15,851 nt of DNA, taken from the NCBI GenBank assembly GCA_965371185.1, contig CBDUXN010000071.1, forward strand, positions 1 through 15,851. The letters run 5' to 3'. A model generated the notes under the pieces. That model worked only from the letters and a program-made list of their open reading frames with translations. It was not told the DNA's origin and did no database searches. The position numbers and the translations under genes were made by a program. Origin of the DNA: an uncultured Thermoplasmata archaeon (GTDB lineage Archaea > Thermoplasmatota > Thermoplasmata > GCA-020350865). Within the stretch, counting starts at the first letter, position 1. Each line of letters begins with the position of its first letter. This document shows positions 1 through 6,980 of the stretch, in pieces.

Positions 1-197
1 CCGGCATCATAGTTGTTAATCGTAGTACCACCTGTGTGACCACCATAAGCAGCGCCGCCCAACGCCGTGATTATCACGTCGTCTATTGAGCGGTTGAACG
101 CCATTACAGCGTTCTGGGCATAAGTTGAATCGGGGTCGATAAGCATTTTGAGCCTATCAACGTTGTCAATCAAATCAGCCCAGTTGTAGTCTGCCAT
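1..197 (-). CDS. Hypothetical protein, 5' portion only (the ORF runs off the left edge of the window)
   Basis: Minus-strand ATG at 197-195 opens a stop-free frame of ~65 codons to position 1 (MADYNWADLIDNVDRLKMLIDPDSTYAQNAVMAFNRSIDDVIITALGGAAYGGHTGGTTINNYDAG...). It is absent from the supplied ORF track, presumably because it is incomplete. Composition looks protein-like, and the G+C is clearly higher than in the neighbouring AT-rich genes. I recognise no family. Confidence 0.4.
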   Translation of the reverse strand, partial: MADYNWADLIDNVDRLKMLIDPDSTYAQNAVMAFNRSIDDVIITALGGAAYGGHTGGTTINNYDA

Positions 198-216
198 TGA
201 CAGTTTTCGTCTACTG

Positions 217-243
217 TGAGGAGTGTCAATCTGAGGAGTGTCA
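217..243. repeat. Perfect 12-bp direct repeat TGAGGAGTGTCA x2 (217-228 and 232-243) in a 62-bp intergenic spacer
   Basis: Read directly: ctgTGAGGAGTGTCAatcTGAGGAGTGTCAcc. On the minus strand it reads TGACACTCCTCA gat TGACACTCCTCA, about 20-45 nt upstream of the ATG at 197. It is a candidate protein-binding site or promoter element for the downstream minus-strand gene. Confidence 0.45.
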
Positions 244-259
244 CCGTGTCGGTCGGCAA

Positions 260-3037
260 TCAAAGACGCTTCGGTAGCGCCGATTCGCTCGACGTACAAG
301 GTATCGCCGGTGACATCTTCCATTCTACAAACTTATTCCCAAGTTTTTCCACATTATCCTTGGAAATTTTTATTTTCATTTTCTTCGTAATTTTTAAGGA
401 TTCGTCCTTCAGTAAATTAAGCTCACTCAAATCAATATCAATTTTTACTGACTCCTCCTCTTCTTTCTTTTCAACTAATATTGTTTCTACGATACTATTG
501 ATATTCTTAAGCGTTTTCTTATTTTCCTCTCCCAGATCAATCATAATTTTGTGTTCTTCTTTCTCCCTTGCTCGGAATAGTATTGATAAAACAATTGTAA
601 CTAAAATGCTAACTATTGTTAGAGCTATCGCTAAAACATCCAATGGAAAGGTAGGTTCAACTTTATTTTGAACGTCCACAGTGATCATTCTCTCCTCTGA
701 GTACTTTGTTCCATCCCAAGCTCTAAGAGATATTATATGATATCCATTTTCAAGAGCCGTTGTATCTAAATCCACCAACCAGTCAGAAGTACCTGTAATT
801 GTTTGCCAAACACCGTAGTCTATCTTGATCTCTATTCTCACTATGGTTCCCTCAAAATCACTTGCATTACCGGTAACTCTAACTGTTCCTGAGATGGTAT
901 CTCCATTCTTCAAAGAAAATGCAGATACAAGAGGGGGGTTGTTTATTACTGTGGTAGTAAAATTGTAGTCGGAGCTAATGGTAGGTCCATTATTATTGAC
1001 ATCCACTGAGTTTATTCGGAAATGGTAAGTCGTTTCGGGGGTCAAACCAACGATAGTTGTATTATGAAATGTGACATGCGTATTATCGTAATTTATTGAC
1101 CCATAATAATCGGTTAGACCGTAATCAACCACACTTGTACTTGGTTCATCAGTCACCCATGATATAATTGCACTAGTATCGGAAACTGAAACAGAACCAT
1201 TAATTATATCAGGAGGCTCTAAATCCCCCACTGAGTCCGTTGTAAATGAATAATTCTCATTTAATGTGAGAACATTACCACTGGGATCTGTTGAGGATAT
1301 TTGATAATAATAAAGTGTTCCAGGATTCAGATTAGTTAAGGTGACCGCATGGTCTATCACATGAGAAGAAACCATTTTTATAGTTCCAAATAGGTCTGTA
1401 GTTCCATAATTGACAGCACTATCGCTTAATTCATGGGTTTTCCAGATTATTGTGGCCGAGTTATTTGTCTCATATGAAATCGGTCCAGAAGTAATTTCTG
1501 GAGGATCTTTATCTGCAACAATATTTGTTTCAAAGGTAAAGTCAGAACTTACAGTTGGGCTGTTTTTATATATATCTGTCGAAGAAACACGGTAATGATA
1601 AATTGTGCCTGGAGATAAACCGGTTAATACAATAGAATGGCTGGTCACAAGTTCTGTGTCACTCACGACTTTATTATAACTCGTCGTGTTGCCATATTCA
1701 ACTAGACTATCGCTCAGTTTATCGGTTGTCCACACAATCACCGCAGTTATATCAGTTTTAGATATTACAGAGGGGCTCAAAATTATGCGCGGTTTATGTA
1801 CTACCTTCATTGATACCGTATTGTTCCAGCTACTCGATCCTTCAACATGATGGGAAGCATTTACTCTGTAATAATAGATGCCATCAGATTTATTAGTAAT
1901 ATTGAAGTGGTTATTATACCCATAATAAACGGTGGAGGGTGTTGTAAACTCGGGATTGTCGTCTTCTTCGAGTGTATTTACTATCCTATAGGGATCAAAA
2001 TTAACAATATCGTCTAAACGTTCACCTCCCAAAGGAGAATAACGATATCCACCGAATATATAAGCATATTTGCCATTCCAAATAGCAGATGTATCCGCTC
2101 TAGGCGAAAAAGTTGCTGTTTTAGATACTGTATTATTCAACGGGTCAAATTTCAGAATATCCTTGGATAGATAATATGGATAATTTTGCGGATAGTTTGA
2201 TCCACCGAAAATATAAGCATATTGACCAGTCCAAACCGCTGAAGTCAAACCGATTGGTGAAGGTAAATGAGTATCGAGAACAGTCACATCTTCAGTAATG
2301 GGATCAAACCTTATAATCTCATCATAGTGATAATGGGTTCCATTATATTTGCGGTGACCTCCGAAAATATAGGCATATTGTCCGTCCCAAAATGCAGATG
2401 TACTATCTCTACCAGTGGGAAGAGAAACATTTAGCTTTGTAACATTTTCAGTCTTTGGATCGAATCTAATGATCTCATTAGAACCACTCCCACCAAAAAT
2501 GTAGGCAAATTGACCATTCCAAACCGCAGAGGTACGTTCTCTACCCGAAGGGAGGGTAACATTGAGTTTGGTAGCGGTATCGTTTACTGGATCGAATCTT
2601 ATAATGTCATCACGAAGGACTGGCGACCCCCACGGTGCCCATCCTCCGAATATATATGCGTACTGTCCATCCCAAATCGCTGAGGTCCCCTCTCTGCCTG
2701 GATTAAGACGAGCCGTGAGTGTGATTACAGTTTCATTAAAAGGGTCGAATCGGACGATGGCCTCCCCATTACCCTGCCCCCCAAAAATATAAGCAAACTT
2801 ACCATCCCAGATGGCAGAAGTTGTATCTACAGCTATTGGTAAGCTGGTATTGAGCGTTTCAACTGGATGTGAAGACACATCACTCCATTCAATGGAGTAG
2901 TTACCGTCGTTATCAACATCCCCGGGATCATATAATGTTGGGCTTGGTGGCTGAGCATGTGTGTTTACACTCTCTAAATTCAAATGCAATACTATCAGAA
3001 GGAAAGCGAAACACACCAGCGCAGTTTTTATTCTCAT
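260..3037 (-). CDS. Cell-surface protein: signal peptide, ~7-blade Kelch-type beta-propeller, 3 FN3/purple-acid-phosphatase-N-like modules, C-terminal TM anchor and a K/E-rich cytoplasmic tail
   Basis: The track ORF is 260..3049, but the 3049 start is TTG. I prefer ATG at 3037 (MRIKTALV...), which has GGAGGAT 5 nt upstream on the minus strand. A signal peptide is present (hydrophobic core CFAFLLIVLHL, ...THA|Q). The motif TSA(I/V)W(D/N)G(Q/K)(Y/F)AYIFGG recurs about 7 times at ~50-aa spacing, which is a Kelch blade signature. Three ~100-aa modules follow with DxxPPxI...TsAxIxWxTdExSdSxVxYG...LtgLxPgTxYhYRVxStD..GN, the FN3/Pur_ac_phosph_N-like pattern. One TM helix (LDVLAIALTIVSILVTIVLSILF) is followed by a ~110-aa charged tail. 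N-x-S/T sequons are very frequent. Confidence 0.85.
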   Translation of the reverse strand: MRIKTALVCFAFLLIVLHLNLESVNTHAQPPSPTLYDPGDVDNDGNYSIEWSDVSSHPVETLNTSLPIAVDTTSAIWDGKFAYIFGGQGNGEAIVRFDPFNETVITLTARLNPGREGTSAIWDGQYAYIFGGWAPWGSPVLRDDIIRFDPVNDTATKLNVTLPSGRERTSAVWNGQFAYIFGGSGSNEIIRFDPKTENVTKLNVSLPTGRDSTSAFWDGQYAYIFGGHRKYNGTHYHYDEIIRFDPITEDVTVLDTHLPSPIGLTSAVWTGQYAYIFGGSNYPQNYPYYLSKDILKFDPLNNTVSKTATFSPRADTSAIWNGKYAYIFGGYRYSPLGGERLDDIVNFDPYRIVNTLEEDDNPEFTTPSTVYYGYNNHFNITNKSDGIYYYRVNASHHVEGSSSWNNTVSMKVVHKPRIILSPSVISKTDITAVIVWTTDKLSDSLVEYGNTTSYNKVVSDTELVTSHSIVLTGLSPGTIYHYRVSSTDIYKNSPTVSSDFTFETNIVADKDPPEITSGPISYETNNSATIIWKTHELSDSAVNYGTTDLFGTIKMVSSHVIDHAVTLTNLNPGTLYYYQISSTDPSGNVLTLNENYSFTTDSVGDLEPPDIINGSVSVSDTSAIISWVTDEPSTSVVDYGLTDYYGSINYDNTHVTFHNTTIVGLTPETTYHFRINSVDVNNNGPTISSDYNFTTTVINNPPLVSAFSLKNGDTISGTVRVTGNASDFEGTIVRIEIKIDYGVWQTITGTSDWLVDLDTTALENGYHIISLRAWDGTKYSEERMITVDVQNKVEPTFPLDVLAIALTIVSILVTIVLSILFRAREKEEHKIMIDLGEENKKTLKNINSIVETILVEKKEEEESVKIDIDLSELNLLKDESLKITKKMKIKISKDNVEKLGNKFVEWKMSPAIPCTSSESALPKRL

Positions 3038-3286
3038 ATTATCCTCCAAAGATGGATTAACACTTCATCTTACCTTTAGCAACCCTCTCCAATTTGCCAA
3101 TGCAATGTAGCGATAAAAACCTTGCGATAGAGGAGGCTAAACCTCTTCCACCTCGAGTAATAACCTCCAAACTTCTATCAGCCTTTTGGATCATCGAAAC
3201 GACTCCATTTAATCAAATATATCGAATTCTCAATTCGCTCAGCTACTCAATGGTTTTTGGCCATCTGTTTTTCAAAGGATATTGGC

Positions 3287-4282
3287 CTATGAAGCAATTA
3301 TGCAGGTTTGGGGCTCTCTAAGAGTTGACGTGGTCTTAAGTAGCTGCAGTATGCCCTTATACTCTTCATGTTGTCGTATACCCTCATGCCTAACATGCGT
3401 TCCCTGAATGTAAAGTCCAGGACCCTTATGTCTATCCTTTTCACTCTTCAGGTCTATATCCCTTAAACCTCGTCCTATCCTGTACCTTATAAATATAAGA
3501 TCTTGGATGATTTGGGTTATATCCTTTACTTTAACGAGATCTCCATCCCAGTCCTTTAAAACATCGTAATACTTATCCTCGATCTTCTTGAGGAGTTTTC
3601 TCAGGTCTTCCCGTATTCCTTCTGGCTCCGCACCCGAGAAAACAACCACAAGGAAAACCAATTCGCCGTGTTCAATTAAAATTCTTGTGTTTCCGTATAC
3701 CAGTGTTTCCAGGCCTGTTTCTGCACTTTCTTCGTCCCCGAAGGCATCTTTCACAAAGGCTTGTACAGCGCTCAGCATCGATCCAACTATATGCTCATCC
3801 AGTGTATTCGCACCGTGGCGTGCAGCATGTGATACAACATTCCCGGCATCATTTATCAGGAACGCCTCCCGGATCGTAACATACTTCTGGGAATCATCAA
3901 CCAAGGAGGGGATAGTAATATCAGAAAAAGTGCTAACAAACGGTCGATAAGGGTCAGAAACCTCAAGTAAATTGGCAGTTTTAAAGGTTTCCAATCTTGA
4001 ATGCAGGCTCTTTATGCCAGTTCCCTTATCCGAAAACTCCTTTGTAAACCCATTATTGTGGGGTCGTAGACAATCCGCTATTATTTCATTTTGATTTTTA
4101 TTGGCTATCTTCTTTATGACTTCTATTTTCTGCCTTTCTTGAAAATCAGAGAATGAGCAAATCGGGCTTTCTCCCCTGCCAATTAGAAGCTTTACCAGGC
4201 TATCCCCCTTTACCTGGCCAACAGAATTTCCATTAGGAAGATGCAGCAGCTTCCTAAGGTCTTTCTGTTGTTTTTTCACCAT
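3287..4282 (-). CDS. Hypothetical protein with a central Roadblock/LC7 (MglB-like) domain
   Basis: A 331-aa ORF with an ATG start (atggtgaaaaaacaacag on the minus strand). The segment KYVTIREAFLINDAGNVVSHAARHGANTLDEHIVGSMLSAVQAFVKDAFG...TLVYGNTRILIEHGELVFLVVVFSGAEP follows the Roadblock/LC7 pattern: a beta-strand (D/G-rich, 'vvs'), then a helix ('aamaaal'), then a second beta pair ('llvvvad'). I recognise nothing in the N- or C-terminal extensions. Confidence 0.7.
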   Translation of the reverse strand: MVKKQQKDLRKLLHLPNGNSVGQVKGDSLVKLLIGRGESPICSFSDFQERQKIEVIKKIANKNQNEIIADCLRPHNNGFTKEFSDKGTGIKSLHSRLETFKTANLLEVSDPYRPFVSTFSDITIPSLVDDSQKYVTIREAFLINDAGNVVSHAARHGANTLDEHIVGSMLSAVQAFVKDAFGDEESAETGLETLVYGNTRILIEHGELVFLVVVFSGAEPEGIREDLRKLLKKIEDKYYDVLKDWDGDLVKVKDITQIIQDLIFIRYRIGRGLRDIDLKSEKDRHKGPGLYIQGTHVRHEGIRQHEEYKGILQLLKTTSTLREPQTCIIAS

Positions 4283-4409
4283 ATCACCACTTAAGTGTAT
4301 ATGTGTTAAAGTATTTAAAGCTTGTGTTTAAGTGGTTAAGTGTTTAACCACATAAGCGGATAACCCCAAACTATTTAAAGCATAAAATCAATATAGGATT
4401 GGTGAACCA
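4283..4409. promoter_or_regulatory. Divergent intergenic control region between the Roadblock gene and the RHH operon, with a perfect 8-bp inverted repeat and TTAAGTG direct repeats
   Basis: GTGGTTAAgtgtTTAACCAC (about 4331-4350) is a perfect 8-bp inverted repeat with a 4-bp spacer. The heptamer TTAAGTG occurs three times (acTTAAGTGta, gtTTAAGTGgTTAAGTGtt). The 9-mer TATTTAAAG occurs twice (~4311 and ~4371). These are AT-rich, TATA-like stretches on both strands. RHH proteins typically bind such repeat arrays. Confidence 0.4.
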
Positions 4410-4760
4410 GTGGGTAGATTAGACCTAATTATTCCTGACGATATTGAAAGAGAACTGAGAATCGAATTGATAAACAGATTTGGCGGCAAAAAAGGTGATC
4501 TGTCAAGAGCTGTTGCAGAAGCCATAGAAATGTGGATCAATAGCCCACCATTACAGGAGTCTACAATAGAGGATTTAAAAAAGACTGCCATGAATTTAGA
4601 GCTTCTTCCTAGTGAAAGAGAAAAAGCCACTAAAATGTTAAGCGGATTGGGTAAAGCCGCTCTCCCAGCACTTAATGAAATATCCAAGAATCAAGGCCTT
4701 TTACCATCACAAAGAGAGATGGCATTGGATGAGATCGATCGGATCTTAAAGGGGGTCTAG
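4410..4760 (+). CDS. Ribbon-helix-helix (CopG/Arc/MetJ-like) DNA-binding protein with a C-terminal helical extension
   Basis: The start is GTG at 4410; no in-frame ATG lies between the upstream TAA at 4383 and this codon, and GGTGA sits 4 nt upstream. The N-terminus GRLDLIIPDDIERELRIELINRFGGKKGDLSRAVAEAIEMWI fits the RHH pattern of a beta-strand with alternating hydrophobics followed by helix-turn-helix. The C-terminal ~60 aa hold an internal repeat (LLPSEREKA..., LLPSQREMA...). Confidence 0.7.
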   Translation: MGRLDLIIPDDIERELRIELINRFGGKKGDLSRAVAEAIEMWINSPPLQESTIEDLKKTAMNLELLPSEREKATKMLSGLGKAALPALNEISKNQGLLPSQREMALDEIDRILKGV

Positions 4761-4764
4761 ATAA

Positions 4765-4830
4765 AGAGCTATAAAAAAATTTACACAAAATTTAATTAGG
4801 CTGAAAGTAGTAAAGAATGGAGGTGATTGA
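4765..4830 (+). promoter_or_regulatory. Putative BRE/TATA promoter and SD-containing leader for the coiled-coil/SPFH operon
   Basis: agagCTATAAAAAAATTT (4766-4783) lies ~50 nt upstream of the ATG at 4831 and is purine-rich immediately upstream, which is BRE-like. A strong SD, GGAGGTGA, sits 5-6 nt before the ATG. Confidence 0.35.
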
Positions 4831-5361
4831 ATGTTTGAAGGGGTTGTAGCCACAAGCGCAATAAAAGGTGTTGCTTCATCGATTGCATCGATAGGTAGAA
4901 AGTATTCGGGTTATAAACTCGATAAGAGGAAAGAGGATGATCTCGCTGTGCGAAAGAAATTGATGGATGAGATAGGCAAATCTCGAGGCCATCTAATGAA
5001 TATCGTTGAGGAATCGCACAGCAAGAAGGATGACGATACAACCAACACAGCAAAAAAGACAATCGATGAGCTGGATCTTCTTTTAAACGATATCAATTTG
5101 TCAGAAACAGGGCATAAATATCCCTTTTTTTCGGAACAAAAATCGATCAATAAGAAGTCCCTGGAAGAATTAATCGAGCACGATAAAAAATTAATCAGCA
5201 GTATCGAGAATATTACCGAAGCGAGCAAGAAGCTGGAACTCGCCATAATAGATAGAGAGGATAGAGATACTGCTTGGGAGTTGAAAAGGATCAGACAGTA
5301 TGTAACAACATGTAGAGACGAATATAAGAACAGAAGGGACTGTTTAAGGAGGGTGAAATAA
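4831..5361 (+). CDS. Small charged coiled-coil protein with an N-terminal Gly/Ala/Ser-rich amphipathic segment (hypothetical)
   Basis: 176 aa. It has an ATG start with a strong SD, and its stop overlaps the next start (TAATG at 5359-5363). The N-terminus is MFEGVVATSAIKGVASSIASIG. The remainder is highly charged with heptad-like periodicity. Confidence 0.7.
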   Translation: MFEGVVATSAIKGVASSIASIGRKYSGYKLDKRKEDDLAVRKKLMDEIGKSRGHLMNIVEESHSKKDDDTTNTAKKTIDELDLLLNDINLSETGHKYPFFSEQKSINKKSLEELIEHDKKLISSIENITEASKKLELAIIDREDRDTAWELKRIRQYVTTCRDEYKNRRDCLRRVK

Positions 5362-6704
5362 TGGCAATACACTGGAAGAATTTTATGGGTAAAAATCCTG
5401 CGAATGTACTGGCTATGAAGATACCGAAAGGCCAAATCAAAGGTTTTTTCAAGAAGGAGGTAATAATCGAACCTGGGGAAGCTGCAGTTTTAATTAAGGA
5501 CGGAAGAATAGAGGAGGAACTTACACAGACTAAACTTAAGAACTTTGGGGGCGGATTCGGGGGATGGCTGGAAAGAGTTACAGGGAAAGGCGAGGACGAA
5601 TTATTATTGTTCGTAGACACAAATACAATGGATTTGGAACTCCCAGTGAAAGCAACTTCGAAAGATCACACCGAAATAAATGGCACCTGTACGGTTAGAT
5701 GCCAGGTGAATGTTAGTGAGGCCATAAAAATAATAGGAGCGATGGAAGGTAAAGATACCTTAACTAAGACTCAATTGCAGAATAGGATACAATCTGAGAT
5801 GGCCACTGCAGTTTTATCAAATAAGATCGCGAATTACTCTGCCGATGAATTTCATGGAAATATCAATATCATCAAGGATATAGAGACCTCAGCATCAATT
5901 GAAATGCGAAAAACCTTTGAGTTGTGGGGTCTGAAGCTCATCAAAATGTACACAAATTGGGATAAAAACGCGTTTGATGAATTGATGGAATATCGGAATG
6001 CATGGGAGCTTTATGATGCGAGAAAGGACGTCAAGTACGAGGGCGAAATCAAAGAGATGGAAAAAAACCATGGTATATTAAAAAAGCGTGCAGAACAGGC
6101 ACATGACCAGAGATTAGCAGGGGAATTGAATGAGATCGATGTCAAGCGTTTGTGGGAGGACTATGCCCAGGAAGTGGATAAGCGCAGAAGAATGCACGAG
6201 ATCATGCTTCAGAAAGAGGAAAAAAAGGTTCAAATTGAAATTGACGATATGGAGTTAAAGCAGGATAATAAAGAAATTGAAGAGGCCATCAAATGGAAAG
6301 ATAAGTTGCAGAGACAAAAGATGGAAAAACAGAAACAAGAGGTTGATCAGCAGATAAAAATGTATCAAGGTATGCAGCTTGAGTCAAAAAAGGTGGACGC
6401 AAGCATTGAGAAAGAAAGGATCAGAATGGAACCTGAAAAGGCAAAGTCTAACTTAGAAATTTACGAGAAAGCTCAGGAAATAGAGAAAAAACATCAATTA
6501 GAGATGGTAGAGCAGATGGCCAAACTCACTCAGGCTGCTAAACCCGATGTACCGCAAACATTGGTGCAGGGGGGAAGTCCGACACCTGTGGTTAGCGTTC
6601 AAACCCAGGAACCTCAGAAAGACGAGGTCAAATGTCCGAGCTGCGATGCTAATATTCAGGCGGGGATGACTTTCTGCCCGTCCTGTGGGACGAAAATAGA
6701 ATAG
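5361..6704 (+). CDS. SPFH (band-7/flotillin-like) domain protein with a long E/K/Q-rich coiled-coil and a C-terminal CxxC...CxxC zinc ribbon; no TM segment
   Basis: 447 aa. AGGAGGGTGA lies upstream of the ATG, which overlaps the upstream stop (translational coupling). Residues ~33-200 match the SPFH domain pattern: IIEPGEAAVLIKDGRI, then FVDTNTMDLELPVKATSKDHTEINGTCTVRCQV, then LTKTQLQNRIQSEMATAVLSNKIANYSADEF...IETSASIEMRKTFELWGLKLIKMYTNW. Compare stomatin/HflK, e.g. 'AWGIKVERVEIKDV'. A ~200-aa EKQ-rich coiled coil follows, like a flotillin. The C-terminus is CPSCDANIQAGMTFCPSCGTKIE. Confidence 0.85.
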   Translation: MAIHWKNFMGKNPANVLAMKIPKGQIKGFFKKEVIIEPGEAAVLIKDGRIEEELTQTKLKNFGGGFGGWLERVTGKGEDELLLFVDTNTMDLELPVKATSKDHTEINGTCTVRCQVNVSEAIKIIGAMEGKDTLTKTQLQNRIQSEMATAVLSNKIANYSADEFHGNINIIKDIETSASIEMRKTFELWGLKLIKMYTNWDKNAFDELMEYRNAWELYDARKDVKYEGEIKEMEKNHGILKKRAEQAHDQRLAGELNEIDVKRLWEDYAQEVDKRRRMHEIMLQKEEKKVQIEIDDMELKQDNKEIEEAIKWKDKLQRQKMEKQKQEVDQQIKMYQGMQLESKKVDASIEKERIRMEPEKAKSNLEIYEKAQEIEKKHQLEMVEQMAKLTQAAKPDVPQTLVQGGSPTPVVSVQTQEPQKDEVKCPSCDANIQAGMTFCPSCGTKIE

Positions 6705-6980
6705 AATATAGTAGAGTGATAATCTTCCTAATTTCAGTGAATAAAATTCATTAAAATTTGGTGAGAATGGAAGAGAAAGCTGGAACATGGTGAATAAGGA
6801 ATATAAATAAAGTTGGTAAGGTGGGGATAGGGCCAAAAGTAATGAAGGGGAAATATCAAAGTATATTCATTACCACTTCGTTCTAGATGAGGTGGTTTAT
6901 ATGATTCCTGCAAAAAGAAAAGCCTGATAACAATCCGCATGAGAGTTAGGGCGGCCGATAGAAAAGGTAGGATGTAAAAC

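Noticed and set aside
216-671. 151-aa plus-strand ORF overlapping the 3' end of the Kelch/FN3 gene
   Set aside because: It is antisense to a strongly supported long CDS. The product is low-complexity (FIFIFFVIF, SSSSFFS) and has no SD. It is an AT-rich antisense artefact.
1410-3321. Short plus-strand ORFs 1410..1595, 2562..2792, 2869..3060 and 3094..3321
   Set aside because: The first three are antisense to, or overlap, the 925-aa surface-protein gene. 3094..3321 lies in its promoter region and overlaps the end of the Roadblock gene. There are no ribosome-binding sites and no recognisable protein features.
3588-3950. ORFs 3588..3950 and 3685..3879 (+)
   Set aside because: Both are antisense to the Roadblock-domain CDS. 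Their products are Ser/Pro/Arg-rich, which is typical of a reverse-frame translation.
4388-5620. Minus-strand ORFs 4388..4687, 4796..5062, 4911..5435 and 5291..5620
   Set aside because: They are antisense to the RHH, coiled-coil and SPFH genes. The products are Ser/Leu/Phe-rich, mirroring the sense-strand GAA/AAG codons. The sense genes carry SDs and translational coupling.
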